Positions 27,634 through 45,659 of a DNA stretch of 64,000 nt are shown here, one piece after another. The notes under the pieces were generated by a model. It was given only the letters and a program-made list of their open reading frames with translations. It had not been told where the DNA came from and searched no databases. The stretch lies in assembly GCF_009914755.1 (NCBI RefSeq), contig NC_060928.1; one strand, written 5' to 3'. This DNA comes from the human T2T-CHM13v2.0 reference genome, Homo sapiens. The translations under genes and the position numbers were made by a program. Numbering within the stretch: the first letter of the stretch is position 1; each line of letters opens with the position of its first letter.

Positions 27634-28878
27634 GCAGGATGAGGATAGATGGAAGGAAACATGGGACAAAACACATTTGCTCCTATAAGTTACTTATAGC
27701 TTCTGGTCCTACTCAAGCTGAGTGTCACATGTACCACTCACCATAGGCATACCACTTTCTGCTTCTGTGGGTCAAACCACATGCATTTCATGATAAGTCT
27801 CTCAGGTATCATAGGAACTTGGTAGCGTGTTTTTAAGTGTTTAGTTTCTACTAAAGCCCAGTAGTAAGAGAGATGCATTTTTCCCTAAAAAGAAAAATAG
27901 TATATACAGAGGACAACATTAGCTTTGCTATAGATCCTATGGGTCTGTGTGGTAATTTACACATAGCAGCCAGCTAAAACCTCCACACAGTATCTCTCTC
28001 TGTCATAGACACCTGAATCACAGTTGTATCTGATGAAAAATACATAAACAGAATTTCATGGATGTTTGAGATAGAGTACTAGAGTCCCAAAAAGAGAGAG
28101 GAGACAGAATGGAGCATAAAACAATATTTGAATAAATAAAGACTAAAAACTTCCCAAATTTAGAGAAAGACATAAATTTAAAGATGCTCATTGGCCACAC
28201 AGGAGAATAAATACAAACATGAAAAAGAAAACATGTCAGGCACATTGTAGTTATCCAGAAAAAATTCATTACATACTCATGTGCACAAAAAGAACAAATG
28301 ACTGAAACTTTTAACTGTTCAGCTATCCCGTAAAAATCCCTCCAAATTCTAACATATTGAAGTCTAAGCCTCTGTTGTTTCTGTTCTGAAATAAAATTAT
28401 GATCTAAAGCAAGCTTGTCCAACCTGAAACAAGATAGGGAAGAATAAGGAGCTAATTAAATATTTTGTCTCAGTAAAGTCTAGCTTTGGAAGGATAACAT
28501 GGAAGTCATAGAGCATAAGTTACATTGCAACATTGTTCCACCTTAACAAAAGGTGTACTGTGTACTCCTTGTAGCAGTCAGTCATTATCTGCAGTCTGCC
28601 CCAAGGAGAAATGTAAGCCTTCCCAGGCAAGGTAGCTGAAGGCAATTCTCCCAAACAGAAGGCAACTGTAAGCTGTGAACTGTTAGCAGACACCACAATT
28701 ATCCACTAGAGAATGAGAAAATCAGCCTGGTATAAAGTGACTGTGTGGGGTACAAACAGCACTTACTACGGACAATAATCTAAAAGAAAAATAATATCAA
28801 GACAAAAAAATTAAATCTAATTTGATTGAATGGGAGATAATAGACAAGAGAACATGGAAAATTCTAATCACTAATCTT

Positions 28879-29301
28879 TGACATAGTTTGGATATTTGTC
28901 TCCACCCTAATCTCATATTGAGATGCAATCCCCAGTGCTGGAGGTGGGGCCTGGTTGGAGGTGTTTGGATCATGGCTGTGGATCCCTCATGAATGGATCG
29001 GGCCACCTCCTTGGTGATAAGTGAGCTCTCACTCTGTGTTCACATGACATCTGGTCATGTAAACATGTGTGGCACTTCCCCCTCCACTCTCTCTCCCATT
29101 TGCTCCTGCTTTTGCCATGAGATGTGCCTGCTTTCCCTTCACCTTTTGCCATGATTGTAAGCTCTCCCTAGAAGCTGAGCAGATGCCAGCACCATGGTTC
29201 CTGTAAAGCCTGCGGAACTGTGAGCCAATTAAATCTCTTTCCTTTATAAATTATCCAGTCTCGGGTATTTCTTCATAGCAATGCAAGAATGGACTAACAC
29301 A
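28879..29301 (+). mobile_element. MST (MSTB-like) MaLR solo LTR
   Basis: TGACATAGTTTGGATATTTGTC...GGACTAACACA; exact TSD ATCTT at 28874-28878 and 29302-29306. Confidence 0.9.
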
Positions 29302-29689
29302 ATCTTCAAACAGATTTGAGAAGATTTTTTCAATCAATTAAACAAAAGCGGAATACTATTTTAAAGAGGTTTCACCCTAGATAATGTTAGAGTAGTTTGT
29401 TTAAGACTAGCCATTTGCCAGTAATCATAAACTCTGGCGGAGAGGTATAGAGGAGAAGATAAACAAACAAACTGAAGTCTCAAAAAAATCACCAAAAGCA
29501 AATAGGAACTAATGGGGCATACAACAATCTTTAAAGAGGTTGTGTAACACATGAGATCAACATCTAAGCAGAATTTTCCCTCAGTGAATTTCCCAGTTTT
29601 ACAGCAGACACTAGGGATAAGGCTCAAGCAGAAAATGTTAGCATTAAAAGGCTAAAAAGTCAGGAGTCAGAGTTCTGAACTACTTAGAG

Positions 29690-29986
29690 CAGTGTTTTCC
29701 AACCTTTTGGGCACCAGGGACTGGTTTCGTGGAGGACAATTTTTCCACAGATGAAGTAGGGATGAGCATTAGATTCTCATAAGAAGCATGCAACTTATAT
29801 CTTTTGCATGCACAGTTCACAAGAGGATTCACACTCCTATGAGAATCTTTTGCCACATTAATTTGATAGAAGGCAGAGCTCAGGCATAACGCTCACTTGA
29901 CTGCTGCTCGCCTCCTGCTGTGTGGCCGGGTTCCTAACAGTCCATGGACTGGTACTAGTCTGCGACCTGGGAACTGGGGACCTCTG
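29690..29986 (+). mobile_element. MER1B (hAT-Charlie MITE)
   Basis: CCAACCTTTTGGGCACCAGGGACTGGTTTCGTGGAGGACAATTTTTCC; 8-bp TSD ACTTAGAG/ACTTAAAG. Confidence 0.88.
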
Positions 29987-30003
29987 ACTTAAAGGCTATA
30001 GAG

Positions 30004-30227
30004 CAGAGTGTCCAATCTTTTGGCTTCTCTAGGCCAAACTGAGAGAAGAAGAACTGTTTTGGGCCACACATAAAAAACACTAACACTAACGATAGCTGAA
30101 GAGCTTAAAAAAAATTTCAAGAAAAAATCTCATAATGTTTTAAGAAAGTTTACGAATTTGTGTTGGGCAGCATTCGAAACTGTACTGGGCCGCATGTGGC
30201 CTGTGAGCCATGGGTTGGACAAGCCTG
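30004..30227 (+). mobile_element. MER30 (hAT-Charlie MITE)
   Basis: GTGTCCAATCTTTTGGCTTC...GGGTTGGACAAGCCTG; 8-bp TSD CTATAGAG/CCATAGAG. Confidence 0.88.
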
Positions 30228-31254
30228 CCATAGAGAATCACAGAGAGGACAGCTTAAAAATCCCCTTGTCATTTTCCTTGAATCCTTGGTTGGTTCCTAA
30301 AATGTTTATGCACAAGACAAGATTTCAAGGAACTCTATAGAAAGCAAGGAACTCTATAGATTGCAAAGACAAATCAACTGAGCAGAGAATTTTACAACCA
30401 CTAGGTGCTACGCAGACAGTTTGGAGTCTCGCTGAGTTAGAACATATCACATTTTCCACTGAAACTCAAGAAGGAGTGAGCCTTAGAAATAAGAAACATG
30501 ATTTATGACTAAATGATATGCTCTAGAAATAAGGGCAGAGCTAAAATCACCTACCCCCTCAAAACAGTTGAAAATGAAGCATGCAAAAAATAATGGTGAT
30601 CAGTAAATTCCTTCCCTGCAAGGGCAAAACTAAACACTATTTGGACAAAGATAAGCAAATTCTAGAGTCTCAATAATGTATCAATGTATGATATAAAGGA
30701 TATATCAAATATATATGTATATAAAATAAAACTTAGTATACAATGGCAAGTAGGGAAAAAGTGCAATCCACAAACAAGAACAAAACCAGACAATATAAGG
30801 AAACCCTTAGACCACTTAGCAGATCAGAAGTTTAAAATAACAGTAAAGTTTTTAAAAAATGATAACAAAGTTTTATTATAATGGGTAGGTAATCAGTAAT
30901 CTTAGGACAAGTATAAGCCATTACCTTAGCTGTATCCCAGCCTTTCAATAATGGAGACACTAGAATTTAAAAATACAATAATAAAATGATCATGTGGGCT
31001 CAAAAGCAGACTGACGCTACAGAAGAAAAATGATCAGTAAATCTGCAGAAATGTTACAAAAATTCAACCTGAAGCACAAGAGGAAATATGTAAGAAAAAA
31101 TAGAGAAAGCCTCAATAACTAATAAGGCAGTAAAGAATATGCTGATATATGTACAATTTTAAGAAGAAAGAAAAAAAATTCTAAATTTTTATAAAAAGAA
31201 ACAGAACATTAACTGTACAAAATTACGTATTTGCATACTTCTTATATTTTATAA

Positions 31255-31460
31255 ATAGTTGTATTATTGAGATTTGGGGCCAGATAGTTGTTTGTTGTTT
31301 GAGGGCTGTCCTGTGCATTGTGGATGTTTAGCTGAATCTCTAGCGTCTACCCACTGTAAGCCCTACCACCCCCCAATATGGCAAATTAAAATGACTCCAA
31401 ACCTTGTCAAATGCTTCATGGGAGTGGGTGGGGGATAAAATAATTTTCAGTTGAGAACAC
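31255..31460 (-). mobile_element. MER20
   Basis: GGGCTGTCCTGTGCATTGTGGATGTTTAGC...GTTGAGAAC is the reverse of the MER20 core. Confidence 0.75.
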
Positions 31461-31476
31461 ACAATATTAGCTTTTG

Positions 31477-31900
31477 ATATTAATTTTCCATTGCCAATGT
31501 AAGAGGTCTCCACAATTTTAATGACTTAAAACACTACACACTTATATTAGAGTTTTTCTAGTTCATAAATCCAGGTACAGTGTGGCTTAAGTAAGTCCTA
31601 TGTGTAGAGACTCACAAGGCTCAACTCAAGTTATCAGCACACTTTTCTGGAGGAAATTGATAAGCCAGTTTCCAAGCATTTTCAGTTTGTTGGTCAAATT
31701 CAGTTCCATACGGTTGTGAGACTGAGGTTCCCATTTCCTTGCTTGCTATAAGCTGGGAAATATTCTCCACTTCTGGAGGTCACCTGCATTTTCTGGTTTG
31801 TAGCCTGTTTCATCTTCAATGCCAGGAATAGCAAGCAAAATTGTTCTCATGTTTCAAGTCCCTCTGCCCTGCCTTCTGTCACATCACTCAGCCTTCACTT
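31477..31900 (-). mobile_element. MLT1D/E-like MaLR LTR
   Basis: GTTGGTCAAATTCAGTTCCATACGGTTGTGAGACTGAGGTTCCCATTTCCTTGC. Confidence 0.65.
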
Positions 31901-32827
31901 GGAATAAATCATGCAGATGTTTATCACTATATTCATAGTTCCAAACTTAAAAATTCTAAAAAAAAAAGATCAAAATAGAATATTTTGTTCTTCATTTAGG
32001 AGAGTAAAGCTTCAAAATCAGTTTAATCTAATTTTTTCTTTATAGTTCATTTGACCTTGTTTCCATTGTAAAAATAAAAATGCCTCTCACTAAATGTACG
32101 AATGTACATGCAATCTGAAGGTGCTATATGGAAATTCTATGACTTATCTTACTACCTGAATTTAAAACGACAGTTTAAATCTGCTGCAATAACTTGGTTA
32201 CCTACTATAGTAAAAGAGAAAAATAAAAGCAGAATTGATAAGATGTTTTCTCTCAGTTGGGAAATTCTATGATTCAACAGTGAAATTAAAAAGTTCTGAG
32301 GAAAAGAGACGGCAGTGAAAATTGAAGTTTTGGCTTATATTTTTGATGAAGGTAGAATAATGTTTTTCCCCATTGATTATATGAGAATGCATTTTAGTTG
32401 AGGCAATGGTTAACAGGCTCAAAATAAAATAATAACTTACTTTTTCATGTTTAGTAATCAGTAGCTCTTTGGGGATAAGTGAATATTTTATTACTGTAGA
32501 ATGTTTTAGCGATTGAATTGACAGCTGGAGAAACAATGATTGCTAATTACAGGAGATAAAGGCATGAATAACATAGAAGTAGCATGTGAAAACATAACAT
32601 TATTCTTATAGAATATATTTTGTATATTTAGTGTCCCAGATAGAATATAAGAAAAATTCCAAGCTTCCATCGCATGGGATTGTTTTTCTGTGTGTTTAGA
32701 TTTTCTGTGAAAGAAAGTAGTAGTATATACATTACTTCATTACAATTGGCTCATACTCTTCAGTTCCTCAAGGGAAGCTATCAATATTATGCCATAATCA
32801 GTGTTCTAGAATTTTGATGTGAGGAAG

Positions 32828-35227
32828 TTAATAAAGAAAAGAGAGAAGAATCAAATAGACACAATAAAAAATGATAAAGGTAATATCACCACTGATCCCA
32901 CAGAAGTACAAACTACCATCAAAGATACTAGAAACACCTCTATGCAAATAAACTAGAAAATGTAGAAGAAATGGATAAATTCCTGGACACATACACCCTC
33001 CCAAGACTAAACCAGGAAGAAGTCGAATCCCTGAATAGACCAATAACAAGTTCTGAAATTGAGGCAGTAATTAATAGTCTACCAACCAAAAAAAGCCCAG
33101 GACCAGACGGATTCACAGCCAAATTCTACCAGAAGTACAAAGAGGAGCTGGTGCCATTCCTTCTGAAACTACTGCAAACAATAGAAAAAGAGGGACTCCT
33201 CCCTAACTCATTTGATGAGGCCAGCATCATCCTGATACCAAAACCTGGCAAAGACACAACAAAAAAAGAAAGTTTTAAGCCAATAAACCTGATGAACATC
33301 AATGCAAAAATCCTCATTAAATACTGGCAAACTGAATCCAGCAGCACATCAAAAAGCTTATCCACCAAGATCAAGTCGGCATCATATCTGGGATGCAACA
33401 CTGGCTCAACATTTGCAAATCAATAAACATAATTCATCACATAAACAGAACCAACGACAAAAACCACATGATTATCTCAATAGATGCAGAAAAGGCCTTC
33501 AATAAAATTCAACATCCCTTTATGCTAAAAACACTCAATAAAGTAGGTATAGATGGAACATATCTCAAAATAATAAGAGCTATTTATGACAAACCCATAG
33601 CCAATATCATATTGAATGGGAAAAAGTTGGAAGCATTTCCTTTGAAAACTGGCACAAGACAGGATGCCCTCTCTCACCACTCCTAATCAACATAGTATTG
33701 GAAGTTCTGGCCGGGACAATCAGGCAAGAGAAATAAATAAAGGACATTCAAATAGGAAGAGAGGAAGTCAAATTGTCTCTGTATGCAGATGATATGATTG
33801 TATATTTAGAAAACCCCATCGTCTCAGCCCCAAAACTCTTTAAGCTGATAAGCAACTTCAGCAAAGTCTCACGATACAAAATCAACGTGCAAAAATCACA
33901 AGCATTTTTATACACCAATAATAGACAAGCAGAGAGACAAATCATGAGTGAACTCCCATTCACAATTGCTACAAAGAGAATAAAATACCTAGGAATACAA
34001 CTTACCAGGGACTTGAAGGACCTCTTCAAGGAGAAATACAAACCACTGCTCAAGGAAATAAGAGAGGACACAAACAAATGGAAAAACATTCCATCCTCAT
34101 GGATAGGAAGAATCAATATTGTGAAAAGGCAATACTGTTTAAAGTAATTTATAGATTCAATGCTATTTCCTTTAAGCTACCATTGAATTTCTTCACCAAA
34201 TTAGAAAAATCTACTTTAAATTTTATATGGAACCAAAAAAGAGCCCATGTAGCCAAGACAATCCTAAGCAAGAAGAACAAAGCTGGAGGCATCATGCTAC
34301 CTGACTTCAATCTATACTACAAGATTACAGTAACCAAAGCAGCATAGTACTGGTACCAAAACAGATATATAGATTAATGGAAGAGAACAGAGACATCACA
34401 ACGTATCTACAACCATCTGATCTTCAACAAACCTGACAAAAACAAGCAATGGGGGAAAGGATTCCCTATTTAATAAATTGTACTGGGAAAACTGGCTAAC
34501 CATATGCAGAAAACAGAAACTGGAACCCTTCCTTACACCTTATACAAAAATTAACTAAAGATGGATTAGGGACTTAAATGTAAAACCCAAAACCATAAAA
34601 ACCCTAGAAGAAAAGCTTGGCAATGTCATTCAGGACATATGCATGGATAGACTACATGACTAAAACACCAAAATCTATTGCAACAAAAGTCAAAATTGAC
34701 AAATGGGAAGGGTTATAAATCATACTACTATAAAGACACATGTACATGTATGTTTGTTATAGCACTATTTAGAATAGTGAAGAATTGGAACCAACCCAAA
34801 TGCCCATCAGTGATAGACTGGATAAAGAAAATTGGCACATATACACCATGGAATACTATGCAGCCATAAAAAATGAGTTCATGTCCTTTGCAGGGACACA
34901 GATGAAGCTAGAAACCATTATTCTCAGCTAACTAACACAGGAACAGACAACCAAACACCACATGTTCTCACTCATAAGTGGGAGTTGAACAATGAGAACA
35001 CATGGACACAGGGAGGGGAACATCACACACTGAGGCCTGTTGGTGGGTCAGGGGGAAGGGGAGGGAGAGCATTAGGACAAATACCTAATGCATGTGGGGC
35101 TTAAAACCTAGATGACAGGTTAATAGGTGCAGCAAATCACCATGGCACATATATAGCTATGTAACAAACCTGCACGTTCTGCACATGTATCCCAGAACTT
35201 AAAGTAAAATAATTATTAAAAAAAAAA
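32828..35227 (+). mobile_element. 5'-truncated L1PA (L1PA7/8-like) with disrupted ORF2 RT and an internal deletion
   Basis: ORF2 peptides [17 protein letters not shown] and [10 protein letters not shown]; 3'UTR CATTAGGACAAATACCTAATGCATGTGGGGCTTAAAACCTAGATGAC; poly(A). Confidence 0.93.
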
Positions 35228-35525
35228 TCTTACCAGCTGGAGAGTTTAAATTTCAGAGAAAAAAATATCAAAATTTTGTGATAACCCCAGACATGTTTCA
35301 TATATTCTTTAATGAAAGCAACAAAGTACCTTTTATTAGTATTCTAATTTTCTCTACTTTGCTGTATTTTCATAAAGATTCAATTTTAAGTGCTATCCAT
35401 GTTATAATATTAGACAGCTTTCAAAACGATCTACACCCTGAAGATTGTTTGCCATAACTTCCACAAGTGTATAAAGGATGTTTGAAGGAAAACCAAAAAT
35501 TACCTATACCATAAAATAGCATTTT

Positions 35526-40232
<4,707 letters not shown>

Positions 40233-41049
40233 ATATATATATATATATAAATTGTTACCACTTCCTTACCTCCCTTCCGGCTATCATATTATTTGGTATG
40301 CTCACCAAAGACAGATTTTAATGTATATTTTAAATTTCTTAAAAAGTTTGTATCAAGAACTCTAAGAAGAAAGTTGTTTTCTGCTGGAAAGTGGTAGAAA
40401 AATCAGAAATTAGCTAAACAATGCAATGATTTTCAGGGAGTTGTTCAATGTTAGTATATAAATTATTTTGTCCCTGTTTCTGAAAGCAGGAAAACATCTG
40501 AGAACATATTAAAGAACTAGCCCAAATAGGTTCATTTTGAACAAATGGCGAGAGAAGGAGAGAGTGAATGAAAGTAGTGAGCCAAGCTCTTTGTGTGATT
40601 CTTACTCCCAGTGAGGACCAGAAAGGAGAATCAAAAAGAAAGAGAACAAGCCCAATGCAAGAAATCATGCACTGGAATTGTTTCTTTCAGATTGAAGTGT
40701 TGGTTGACTATATCTTGTGTGTACTACATGGACTTTGTTGGCCTTCTGTTTTCCTTAATCAAGAAAACCCTAAGTTTGGGGCTCTGTTTATACAACAGAT
40801 GATCTTTTGGCTATTAATAAAAATGTAAAATGCTTGGTAAAATAAAATAAAATAGGATTTTATACAAATTAATAATGGGAAGGGATATTAATCACAGTCT
40901 GAATACTGAGAACATTCAACTATTTGCTCACTTTGACTCACTGTAGTTGTTGAATTTTAGCAACTCTAAGAAATGTTTCCTTGTAGCTCTACAACCTAGT
41001 TTGAAACCTAACATAGTAATACCATGACATTCTGATAAGATTCCTTTCA

Positions 41050-42180
41050 GAATTGTCATTTATAACATTAAGATTGACAAGATAAATTCAAATAAAGAAT
41101 TAAATGAATTAGTGAAATAGCTTAAAAAGATACATGGAAATTTCATTAATAAGTAAAGCTAAATATCACCCTTATTTATCAACAATTTGCAAAGTAAAAA
41201 ATTTTGAAAGAAACAGGTTTTCATTAGCAATAGCAAATATTAATCTTCAATTTAGTACTAAACTTAATGAAAACTGGGTTAAAACAAATGAAAAGGTTAC
41301 AAATTCTAATGGAAAATTTTAAAATAGAAACTAATCAATGGTAAATATACTATGTTCTTAGATGAAAATACTAAGTGCTATAGAAAGATCTGTTCTCACC
41401 AAGTTAATTTATAGATTTAACATATTTCAAATTAAAAATTCAACCACATTTTAAAAGGAATTACCTAAAATAATTATAAAATGTATAAGGATACATAAAC
41501 AGTCAAGAACATTCAGTTTTTTTTTTTTTATTATACTTTAAGTTTTAGGGTACATGTGCACAAAGTGCAGGTTTGTTACATATGTATACATGTGCCATGT
41601 TGGTGTGCTGCACCCATTAACTCATCATTTAACATTAGGTATATCTCCTAATGCTATCCCTCCCCCTGCCCCCACCCCACAACAGGCCCTGGTGTGTGAT
41701 GTTCCCCTTCCTGTGTCCATGTGTTCTCATTGTTCAATTCCCACCTATGAGTGAGAACAAGCGGTGTTTGGTTTTTTGTCCTTGCGATAGTTTGCTGAGA
41801 ATGATGGTTTCCCATTCAGTTTTATTCTAAAGAAAAATACATTGTTGGGTTGCAGGAAAAATGTAAGAATTATGAAGTCAGGAAGACCTACCTCATATGA
41901 TAATGTGTCTTAAATATCTTAAACAAAACATACCATGTAAACACAGAAATACAGATCAATGGATAAAAGCTGTGAATTCATGAACTAACCCCTTTTTGAT
42001 AAATTTCACCAAGTCATGAGTAAATTTTTAAGAGAAAAACAAAGCTGTAAAAGAAAGAGGAAAGTTTAATAAATCCTACTAGAAAATCTTGAGTTATATT
42101 AAGGGAAAATATACATTGTATTATAAAGACTTGTAAGGAAGAAATAAACTTAAAACAAGTTTAAAACTCAAATGACAGGC
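41050..42180 (+). mobile_element. Old L1M ORF2 remnant
   Basis: GTTCTCACCAAGTTAATTTATAGATTTAAC and CACAGAAATACAGATCAATGGA are diverged ORF2-like. Confidence 0.55.
41521..41812 (-). mobile_element. 292-bp L1PA 3' end (L1PA4-like)
   Basis: Reverse L1 3'UTR; exact TSD CATTCAGTTTT at 41510-41520 and 41813-41823. Confidence 0.93.
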
Positions 42181-45100
42181 CAATGAAAATAAGTTATATT
42201 TCTTACCTTGCTTAAGAAACAAAACTTGTCTTGTTTTATGTAGTCAAGAAAAAAAAAACAATTGATTGGAGACTATGCAATATATATTTTTGAACTTCTC
42301 TACAATAAAAAATACATCAATCAACTAGACCCGTCTTTGAAGGATATAGATGTATATATTCATACATGAGATATACATTCATGTTATATAATAGTGAAAC
42401 CTGCAATTACTTTTGTTAATATTAAATTTTATATTATATACATTATATACATATGTATAACATTGTATATGATACTAATTCATCCAGAAAAAAGAAAGTT
42501 ACCCTAAACATCTTACAGTAAGGATTGTCGAAAACAAGTAAACTATAAAATCTTAATAAAAAGCCTTTGAAAGAATATTCTTGTTTTAATTAAATATTAC
42601 ACTTTTTAATGTCTAAAATCTTTTTGAGAGAAAAATAACTATGGCAAAGTCCTCCATGAAACATACTATGACATAATAATGAACAGATGGCTTGATAAAG
42701 CTAGCCAAAGCTAAGTGTAAGTTAAATCCTCTGTGTGGGTGAGGTCTTATGTAATGATTAGATGATTTATGAGAAATTAATATTGGAAGCAAAGTGAAAA
42801 AATATCTCTAAATCAGGGAATATAGTATGTGAGAATCATGTAGGTGTATGACAGTGAGTGCAAGATGTGGAAATATTTTTACTCTTTGCAAAGTATAATC
42901 ATTGTAAAATTGTGAAATGTGTATAATATTTAGTGTGCCACACAGTATATCTTTAATGGTACAAATGGGAACACACTGTATAAAAATCTCTCTGTTAAGG
43001 TACCCATCAAGGACTTTTAATTCTACATCTTTGTGATGTAGATGAATTAACATAACTGTGGGAATTTGGAATTCCTGACTCTTGCATTGTTAATTTCTCA
43101 ACCTTAATGTTCTAATATCAGATCAGAATGACTACACATGGTGGATATTTCTATCAGCTCAAGATGTTTCTAGAATGTAGCATTTACACTTAAAAAATCA
43201 TTTGAGAGGGAAGAAAAAAGCAAAAACAATCAGAGTCTGTTCTGTTGATTAGCAGCAGATCTCTTTATTAGTTGGAAGAGAATGTGAAAATGAATAAATA
43301 CCCACAGTAGTGACAGAAGGTGGAAAAGTGACAGAAAAACAATGATTATTTATACATGTAAAATGTGTGAAATAAACCTCAGATTTTGGAGGAAAATGTC
43401 AAAAGGATAAAAAATAAAGAACTATCTTTATAAGTGTTTACTGACTTAAAGTAAAGCAAAAACTACCTTTAAAGATAATGTACATACTCACAAAAATAGT
43501 TGCCAGAATAAGATATCCAGGGAAACTTTTGAAATATTACTGTGTTACCTCATGAAGGATATGGCATAAGCAACAACATAGCGAAGGTATTTCCTTGCAT
43601 ATTCTCCAATACTGCCTGTTTTCTGCTTCATTGCTTGGGTTAGGAAAAGCGGTAGAAAAGATTGGGTAATTATGTTTTTTCATTTTTATAAGAGAACATC
43701 ATGATTGGAGATTGTGGCGTCTAATTAGAAACACTGCATTTTTAACAACTGATGCTCATAAATCTTTACGTTAACAGCAATCAGGAGCTTGAAAGGAATC
43801 TTAAAACAGATGTACTTGAACATGACTCCATGTTTAGAGTTTGATGAACCAGAGGGGCTTCCTGATTCTCTCATGGACAGTTTCTTATCTATTACACATC
43901 ATTCCTCTATCCCTACAGTGTTATACATTCAAGACATACATGTAATTTCTGTCTGTCTTGCAGTCATCACTCAAGTAATTGGGAAGGTTAAATAGGAATC
44001 TCAAAGCTTGGAAAATGTGTTAGGTTTCAGTATTCCAGTGTTGTTGGCTTACTAGAAAAATATTTATTCTTAAAATTTATTTATAATTAAATTATTGATA
44101 AAATTTATTAAAATTTTTATGAAAGACAAAAGTAGGGGTGTGTGTGTGCATGTGTGTTGTGCATTCCAGAGAGTAAAAATCAGTTTTAAATGCTGAAAAA
44201 CTTTTGACAGCAAGTTCTAGTAAAGGATTTTAGAATCCAATTTGTTCAAATAGTACAGATAAATGCTAAGTATTATCATCAAATCTGCTGTAGTAACCAA
44301 ATGAGAAGTGCTTTGTTTCAAATAAATATTATTTTCATAATTATCACCATATAAACATTTATCAATGCTTGCAGAACAGACATACAGATTGACATCCTTT
44401 GTTGCTATAGATACAGATTATCCAAATAAAAAGACTATTATTGAATGCATAACACATTTTGGTGATTGAATATCAATTTATTCTGTGTATGCAAAATAAT
44501 GAAGTAAGCAATGAATTAGGCCACGAATGTATCTCTCCCCTATTCTTCTTGGATGCCCCTTCTCCCTTCATATACGATGACTCTTATTTGCCTAGTGATT
44601 TGCTCTTTCTCTCAGATGCTAAGTCTTCCCTCTTTGTTTCAGTGGTATTATAGCCAATGCTTTGGCCTTTGCACTGTTCACTTCTCCTTCTATTATACTC
44701 AAATAATCAAATATTAATCAAATACCCTACTCTTTATTGCAATGACTGAGATAGATTTGGAAATATTTTTAAAAAGACATAAGAATTGTTCCCAGATATT
44801 TAAATCCAGTAGAAGAGAAAATATATGTATGCAAATAATTTTAATAAATTATAGAATGTGATAGAAAGACATTGCTGGACACTGGAGGATAAAGAAGTAT
44901 GAACAAAGCAGAGATGAGAAAAAATATGCTAAAAGCAGAAAAAACAAAGTAAAAAATATGGGGGGATAAAAATTCTAGCTCTACATGGAAAATAACAACT
45001 GTATTTGGCTAGAATGATGGTTGAGGGGAAATGATCAAAGTTAATCTTTCATAGTACTTTGTAGTACTTTGGTTTTAAATCATAAAAGTCCCTGGGTGAA

Positions 45101-45659
45101 GAATGCAAGCTTCATTCTTTGGCAAATGTAGGCAAAGGTTTTTGAGAAAGGGATGGACATGATTAAATTTATGATTTAGGTAAAACTGTACTGGAAAACA
45201 GTGGGAATCAACTTCACAAGTAAACACAAAATAATATTTTTAAAATTTTAAGTTTGGTAACAGTTAAAATGAATGTATGAAGTTACTAGTGATGAAAAGG
45301 AATTCATGAAATAAAATTGAGGGGAACTCAAAAGGCAAACAAAGATAGACATGGAAGACTTTAATGTGCTTCAAAATGTACCACTAAATCCCTTTTTGAT
45401 TTAGGCTAAAATTTGTGAGGGCAGGAGTTTCAAAAATTTTGTTATCATCGCTGAAGCCTCATTGTCTAGAAGAGCACCTGGCACACAGTAGTTCATCAAT
45501 ACCAATTGTGTAATGAATATAACTTATCAGATATTAATCAAAATCTTAGGCTAAAAAATCTAATTATCTTCCATACTCAGATTTATATTAATTATGAACT
45601 TATTTTCTAGTTCCCAGTGAATTAATTCAAATAACTAAGTCACTGTCAAAACCTGTTGT

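Larger units (their letters stand above)
23780..28015 (-). mobile_element. Ancient ERVL/MaLR-type LTR and internal remnants, interrupted by LTR12
   Basis: Blocks such as ACTAAAACCTGTAAACTAGCAGAAGCCTAAGG and ATCAGGGCAGCTACTCCAGGTGAT resemble ERVL-class internal sequence; no ORF; bounds approximate. Confidence 0.5.
28020..31200 (+). mobile_element. Fragmented old L1M 5'UTR/ORF1 remnants, host to MST and MITE insertions
   Basis: AAAACTTCCCAAATTTAGAGAAAGACATAAATTTA (28146) and AGCAGACTGACGCTACAGAAGAAAAATGATCAGTAAA (31005) are ORF1-like; very approximate. Confidence 0.45.

Noticed and set aside
30326-30360. 16-bp duplication CAAGGAACTCTATAGA (also 10-bp TAGTACTTTG x2 at 45052-45071)
   Set aside because: Ordinary slippage-type micro-duplications
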